This document shows positions 59,535 through 64,000 of a stretch of 64,000 bases of DNA, one piece after another (the stretch's first letter is position 1; each line of letters begins with the position of its first letter). Source of the stretch: Candidatus Bathyarchaeia archaeon (GTDB taxonomy: Archaea > Thermoproteota > Bathyarchaeia > Bathyarchaeales > Bathycorpusculaceae). The notes beneath the pieces are model-generated. The model had not been told where the DNA came from and did not search any database. It saw nothing but the letters and a program-made list of their open reading frames with translations. The stretch covers positions 64,001-128,000 of the forward strand of contig JBEKXL010000001.1 in NCBI GenBank assembly GCA_049512075.1. Direction: 5' to 3'. Made by a program: the position numbers and the translations under genes.

Positions 59535-60425
59535 CTAAATAAGGAATATCATGAAGATTCCCGCAACGATCATCATTGAACCCAGGGCGATCTTGGCGTT
59601 AACCTTCTCATGCAGCAGCAGAACTCCCGCAAGAGTGGAAAAGAGAGGCGTCGCCGACGATATGGGAACAGCCCGTGACTGTGGAGTGTCTATGAAACTG
59701 TAGTTAAGGAGAAACCAGCCTAATCCGAGCGCCACGATTCCGCCGACAATCAGCGTAATCACGGTTCTTTTCCTCATCTTCAAAAAACCTAAACTCCTGT
59801 CCAGAAGCGGAGCAGACACCGCTAAGGAAATCGCGATCGTGAAAACTCTAACAGCGTTGATGGCGAACGCATCGTCCAAATTCGGCGTCTCTTTCACGGC
59901 CAGACCCATCATCGCTATACTCACAGACCACAACAAAGCCGTTCCGAGAGCCACAGCCAAGCCCTTACCCAACACCTTCCTCTGTACACCCGCTTCTCCT
60001 TTTTGTTCCAAGCTCAGCAGCCACACTCCTAAAACTATTACAACAGCCCCAAGAGCCACCGACCACGTGACAGGTTCGCCAGCGAAAAGGGCAACCCATA
60101 GAAGGTTGAAAAGCGGATACGTACACGTCACGGGCACCGCCCTTGCAACGCCAATCATTCTCAGGCTAACCATGTACAGAGTATCGCCCAAACCTAGGCC
60201 GATTACACCGCTAACACCAGCAAGAACAACGACGCTCATAGGCAGCCTGGTCAGAACTCCAATCAACCCTGCAGCAACTAAGAAGACAAGCAACACGACG
60301 CTGGTAAGCGTCAAACGAACGATGTTGGCCGAAACAGGCTTTGTCTCCATCAACGCTTTTCTGTAAAGCAGAGCCGATACCGTCCAACTGACAGCCGCTC
60401 CCAGAGCCGCAAACTCGCCCATCAT
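59535..60425 (-). CDS. EamA/DMT family transporter
   Basis: About 10 TM segments; GLGLGD, YPLF, PLFS..LLHEK. Confidence 0.87.
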   Translation of the reverse strand: MMGEFAALGAAVSWTVSALLYRKALMETKPVSANIVRLTLTSVVLLVFLVAAGLIGVLTRLPMSVVVLAGVSGVIGLGLGDTLYMVSLRMIGVARAVPVTCTYPLFNLLWVALFAGEPVTWSVALGAVVIVLGVWLLSLEQKGEAGVQRKVLGKGLAVALGTALLWSVSIAMMGLAVKETPNLDDAFAINAVRVFTIAISLAVSAPLLDRSLGFLKMRKRTVITLIVGGIVALGLGWFLLNYSFIDTPQSRAVPISSATPLFSTLAGVLLLHEKVNAKIALGSMMIVAGIFMIFLI

Positions 60426-60507
60426 TTTCCATAGCCTTTAGGCAAGACTCTGGTTGAAGCTGTTAAATAGCTAACGCCCAGAATAAGCTTGAACGGTGCT
60501 TGCATCA

Positions 60508-61189
60508 ATGCAAACAGACGTAGCCTGGAGTGCCGATGTCCTTGCCAGCTTTCCAGAACTCGCCATATGCATCGGAACAATCACCGGAATCCACAATCAG
60601 AAAGAGAATGACAGGCTGCGCCAGCTCAAGAAAACATTGTACGAAGAAGCCAAGGCCAAATACAGCGTTGAAGGACAACCCGACAGTCAGAGCCTACAGA
60701 GACTTCTACTGGAAGCTGGACATCGACCCTACGAAAACGAGGCCCTCAGGCGAGGCCCTGCTACGCAGGGTTCTCAACGGAAACGAGTTGCCAAACATAT
60801 CCACGGCAGTCGACGCCTACAATCTGGCCTCAATGCAAACAGTAATTCCCATCAGCGGTTTCGACATATACCGGCTGAACCCACCGTTTCACATACGTTT
60901 CGCAGAGAACGAGGCAGTCACGGGAATCGGAATGGACAAACCCATGCAGCTCACAGAGAAAATGCTCATCCTAACCGACGAAGAACAGGTCCTCTGCGTC
61001 TACCCCTACCGCGATTCTGACCAAACGAAGATCACTTTGTTGACGCAGAAAGCAGTAATAATTGGATATGGAGCCCCAAGAATAGGTCAAGAACGACTCA
61101 TGGCAGCCGTCGAAAGAGCACTCGAGTACATTGAACGCGTTTCCGGCGGAGAAATCGAAACGATAAAGGCTTTTGGAAGATGCACCTAG
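60508..61189 (+). pseudogene. Stand-alone B3/B4 (PheRS-beta editing domain-like) protein, frameshifted near 60670
   Basis: N-terminus in one frame (FPELAICIG...AKYSVE), core in another (LKDNPTVRAYRDFYWKLDIDPTKTRPSGEALLRR...VDAYNLAS...YPYRDS). Confidence 0.8.
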
Positions 61190-61284
61190 TTCCTGGTGGG
61201 CACTAGTTTGGTCGCTAATTATTGAGCAAGCGCTAAGCAGTCACGCGCGCCAGCCTGTTACTAAATCGCTCGATCGATCGATGC

Positions 61285-61593
61285 GGTAAGAAAATCGCTG
61301 AGTCTGCCTACGTTTCTCAAGAGCAGTTGAGAGACGTTTACCTGAAAGCCATGCCCGGCATAGTCGTTAACGGAGCCAACAAGAACCACGCCAAGTTGGA
61401 TGAGTTGGAAGAGCAGAACAGGAAGCTTCAGGAACAGATAGGCATGTTATGGCAGACGCTAGACTCAACAATGAAAGCCTTAGAAGAGAAAGACGAGAAA
61501 CGCAAAGCAAAGATGGACGAGATACGGAAAGTCATAATGCGTGAGCGAGCACGTCGACCTAAACTAGCAAACAGTGTGTCCGAAAGCAGATGA
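61285..61593 (+). pseudogene. Possible C-terminal remnant of an archaeal integrase
   Basis: Reads GKKIAESAYVSQEQLRDVYLKAMP then a coiled coil, resembling the tail after the catalytic Tyr; no upstream body. Confidence 0.4.
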
Positions 61594-61653
61594 AAGGAAG
61601 TAAAAGCAGGAGATTCAGAACAAACTTATTAGAAGAAAGAACGGATACTCAGA

Positions 61654-62427
61654 ATGGTTTCATCAATGAGAACCAGCTCGACCATTCTAGGAAGTATCGA
61701 GGCTAACCTGAAACACGAGTTTGAAAGAATACGGAATCTAAACTACAACCAAAACACGAAAGGCTATAGCTACGAGAAAATCCTGAAGGAGTTTTATACC
61801 CAGTATCTGGGAGGCATTTTCGATTTCTATACGAGAGTTCCTCTCATAGATGCGGGACTTGAATATGAAACGATATTCGCGCCTGGGGAAAACGAGTTTG
61901 ATGTGGTCGCAACATACAGAAATGCAATGCCTAGAATGGTCCTTGAGGTTCAAGGGACTTCATTTATTCCTTATGATGCAACTGCCTTTATCACAGAAGT
62001 CAAGCAAACACTCACCAAATCAAGTCTGAAAGAGGACTTGGAAAAACTAGGAAAACTGTCTAAGATGAAGCTTGGAGGAAACGTACATCTTCCTAATGTC
62101 GCAACCCCATATTCCATTGGCAGACCTATCAGAATTCTATTGTATTACCAGAGGGAAATAGACGAGGGTGTTCTTTGGAAAATGCTGGAAGAATCGAAGG
62201 ACGTTTGCGATTTTCTTGTTATGTTCGACCAGAACAAAGCTTTTCTAAACGGTAACCTCCCAATCACAAAGAGAATAGTTGCCGACCTGAAACAAACCGA
62301 AGGGCGCTCAGCTGTGGACCAGAGTTATCCTCTATTGAAACTAATGTATTTTCTGACTTTGTCAGTAGAATATCCCATGGTAGTTAATGCGTGGGGTGTG
62401 TTTGAGAACCTCTTCAGTCGTAAATAG
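61654..62427 (+). CDS. NucC/DUF6602-like PD-(D/E)xK endonuclease
   Basis: KG...E.IL.EF...YL, EFDVV, FIPYDA..FITEVKQTLTK...L...LEK. Confidence 0.65.
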   Translation: MVSSMRTSSTILGSIEANLKHEFERIRNLNYNQNTKGYSYEKILKEFYTQYLGGIFDFYTRVPLIDAGLEYETIFAPGENEFDVVATYRNAMPRMVLEVQGTSFIPYDATAFITEVKQTLTKSSLKEDLEKLGKLSKMKLGGNVHLPNVATPYSIGRPIRILLYYQREIDEGVLWKMLEESKDVCDFLVMFDQNKAFLNGNLPITKRIVADLKQTEGRSAVDQSYPLLKLMYFLTLSVEYPMVVNAWGVFENLFSRK

Positions 62428-62612
62428 AAAGCTGCTTCATAAACTATGATTTAACTAAATGAGGTAGGCCAGCGCCAGCGACCTAAAAAGGAAACTTGAC
62501 ACTAAAATTGACGGATAGTCGGTTAGTCGCTACGCTGCCGTTTGGGAAGTGCATAGTGAGTAACGATTGAGAACATTCTCCAACCTTTGTCCTGCGTATT
62601 CTGCAACTTGAA

Positions 62613-63323
62613 TTATAGCTTTGGTCCTGCAATGAAACGACTTATTGCAAGTAGTGAAACTCCAACGGAAATCAGTATTAGAAATGCAATAAATTGCCAG
62701 CCGAAGATGTTTGAAGGAGTTGTCATGGTAGGGAGAAAAATGAGAACACCGAGAATCACAAACGAAACTCCTAACTGAATCGTCCAATAGACCGTCCTTT
62801 CATGTCTATTTATTGCCTTAATTTCATCAACACCTACTATTCGAGCACGTATCGCTGTTGTCTGAGGGTAACTTCCTGTCAATATCTTCATGTCTATCCT
62901 GTCTCCATGATTCATAAGAACCGGAGTAAGGCTCACTAATTGCTTTTCAATTCTGAATTTCGGTTCGAGGCACCTCCTGGATGGTTTGGCGATTTCTGCT
63001 GAAAGTATTTCGACATCGGTTCCGAAATCCAGTTCAATCGGCTTTTCGTAGTCCTTAGGTTTTATCGGTTCATTGCCTGAACACAAAAGCGTAATGGTGT
63101 TGAGATATATTTGCCTGACCTCTTTTTCGTTGAAGAATATTTTCAGCTTCTTTTTCACTGTTTCCTCCACTTTTGGCAGTACAGCAGTGCAGGACGTCAA
63201 GAAAGATAGGCCTTTACGTCGCCGACCTTTGAACCATAGAACGACTGTAATTATTATCGCTGCGACAGGTATCAAGACAGAAATAAGAGCTTGCCAAAAT
63301 TGGTTGCCTATGTTCTCGGCCAT
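62613..63323 (-). CDS. Hypothetical membrane protein (one N-terminal and two C-terminal TM helices)
   Basis: 236-aa ORF with hydrophobic ends and a soluble middle (SGNEPI...DY..PI). Confidence 0.65.
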   Translation of the reverse strand: MAENIGNQFWQALISVLIPVAAIIITVVLWFKGRRRKGLSFLTSCTAVLPKVEETVKKKLKIFFNEKEVRQIYLNTITLLCSGNEPIKPKDYEKPIELDFGTDVEILSAEIAKPSRRCLEPKFRIEKQLVSLTPVLMNHGDRIDMKILTGSYPQTTAIRARIVGVDEIKAINRHERTVYWTIQLGVSFVILGVLIFLPTMTTPSNIFGWQFIAFLILISVGVSLLAISRFIAGPKL

Positions 63324-63784
63324 GATTTCTCCGTTTTAACAACAGGTTGTTTTCTGTCTTATAATACTTGTGCGCGCTTTGGGGTCAGCTCTTGTAAAAG
63401 AGCTTTTAATTTGAACTAGCACATTATTGGATATGGCAAGCGTGCGCGCGCTTCCTCTTTATTCCTCAAACATTGCAGCGGAATCGATCGATCGAACAAC
63501 GTCAAAATCATGGCGTAAAAATGGCATTGCCGTTTGAAGCAGTGACCGACATCGAACTGTAAAAATCTTAAAGAGTTGAAACCAAAAAAGCGTCTTGCTT
63601 CGTCAGGTTCCCGCCAACTTTGTGCTTTTGTACTCTTTCCGTTCGAACCTCCGACCGTGTTCCCATCATTTTCCAATGCAGCGGACTTCGAGCGTCTTCG
63701 ACCGTTTTGATGGGAACTTCCCATGTAGCTGACTTTCGGATTTGCGCCTCGGATTGCCCATCAACATCGGAAAGCAGGCGTAAA

Positions 63785-64000
63785 TCACGGAGCTTGTTCC
63801 TCAAATTTCCATTTTTGCGCTAGGAATAATACTACTGCCGTCAGGAACATTTGGAATCCTAGAAGCACCGTGAGGGTTTTTTCCTTGGTAAGTATATTCC
63901 AGAACCAATCGCCAGCAATGGCGTACTCAGCAGCAATCAGACCAGGCCCAGTAAATAATGGGATGACGTAGGAAACCATTTTTCTAGCAGCATTTCCCAA
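63785..64000 (-). CDS. C-terminal part of a hypothetical membrane protein (runs off window)
   Basis: Open frame to the window edge with two hydrophobic segments. Confidence 0.35.
   Translation of the reverse strand: MGNAARKMVSYVIPLFTGPGLIAAEYAIAGDWFWNILTKEKTLTVLLGFQMFLTAVVLFLAQKWKFEEQAP

Noticed and set aside
1-64000. CRISPR array, tRNA or rRNA genes
   Set aside because: No regularly spaced repeats or cloverleaf found by eye; GTTCAAAT near 20270 lacks tRNA stems. A tRNAscan/Infernal run is needed to exclude split or intron-containing tRNAs.

Overview
Archaeal chromosomal segment. TBP, Alba, Rpo6, thermosome and ribosomal protein S26e indicate a TACK-type archaeon; Bathyarchaeia is my inference from gene content. 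0-7 kb: divergent dipeptide/oligopeptide ABC genes and a three-gene GT-C/PMT/Dol-P-sugar synthase glycosylation operon. 7-25 kb: a proline/hydroxyproline catabolic island with a cyclodipeptide-oxidase-like AlbA/AlbB pair (no cyclodipeptide synthase), an M29-fold enzyme, a proline racemase/epimerase, a two-subunit aconitase X, the glycyl-radical enzyme HypD and its activase, a mu-crystallin-family reductase, a proline-dehydrogenase-like flavoprotein and a 2-oxoacid:ferredoxin oxidoreductase. 25-53 kb: ABC exporters, a large PEF-CTERM-like surface protein, housekeeping genes and two toxin-antitoxin loci with dead toxins. 53-64 kb: accessory/defence region with an inverted-repeat-bounded 188-bp segment beside a catalytic-domain-only tyrosine recombinase, a 1393-aa nuclease-NACHT (Avs/NLR-like) protein and a NucC-like nuclease. 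Two window-wide signals: four genes appear to start at ACG, and (GC)n palindromes are strongly concentrated in intergenic DNA. Family assignments rest on motifs I recognise from memory, not on database searches.
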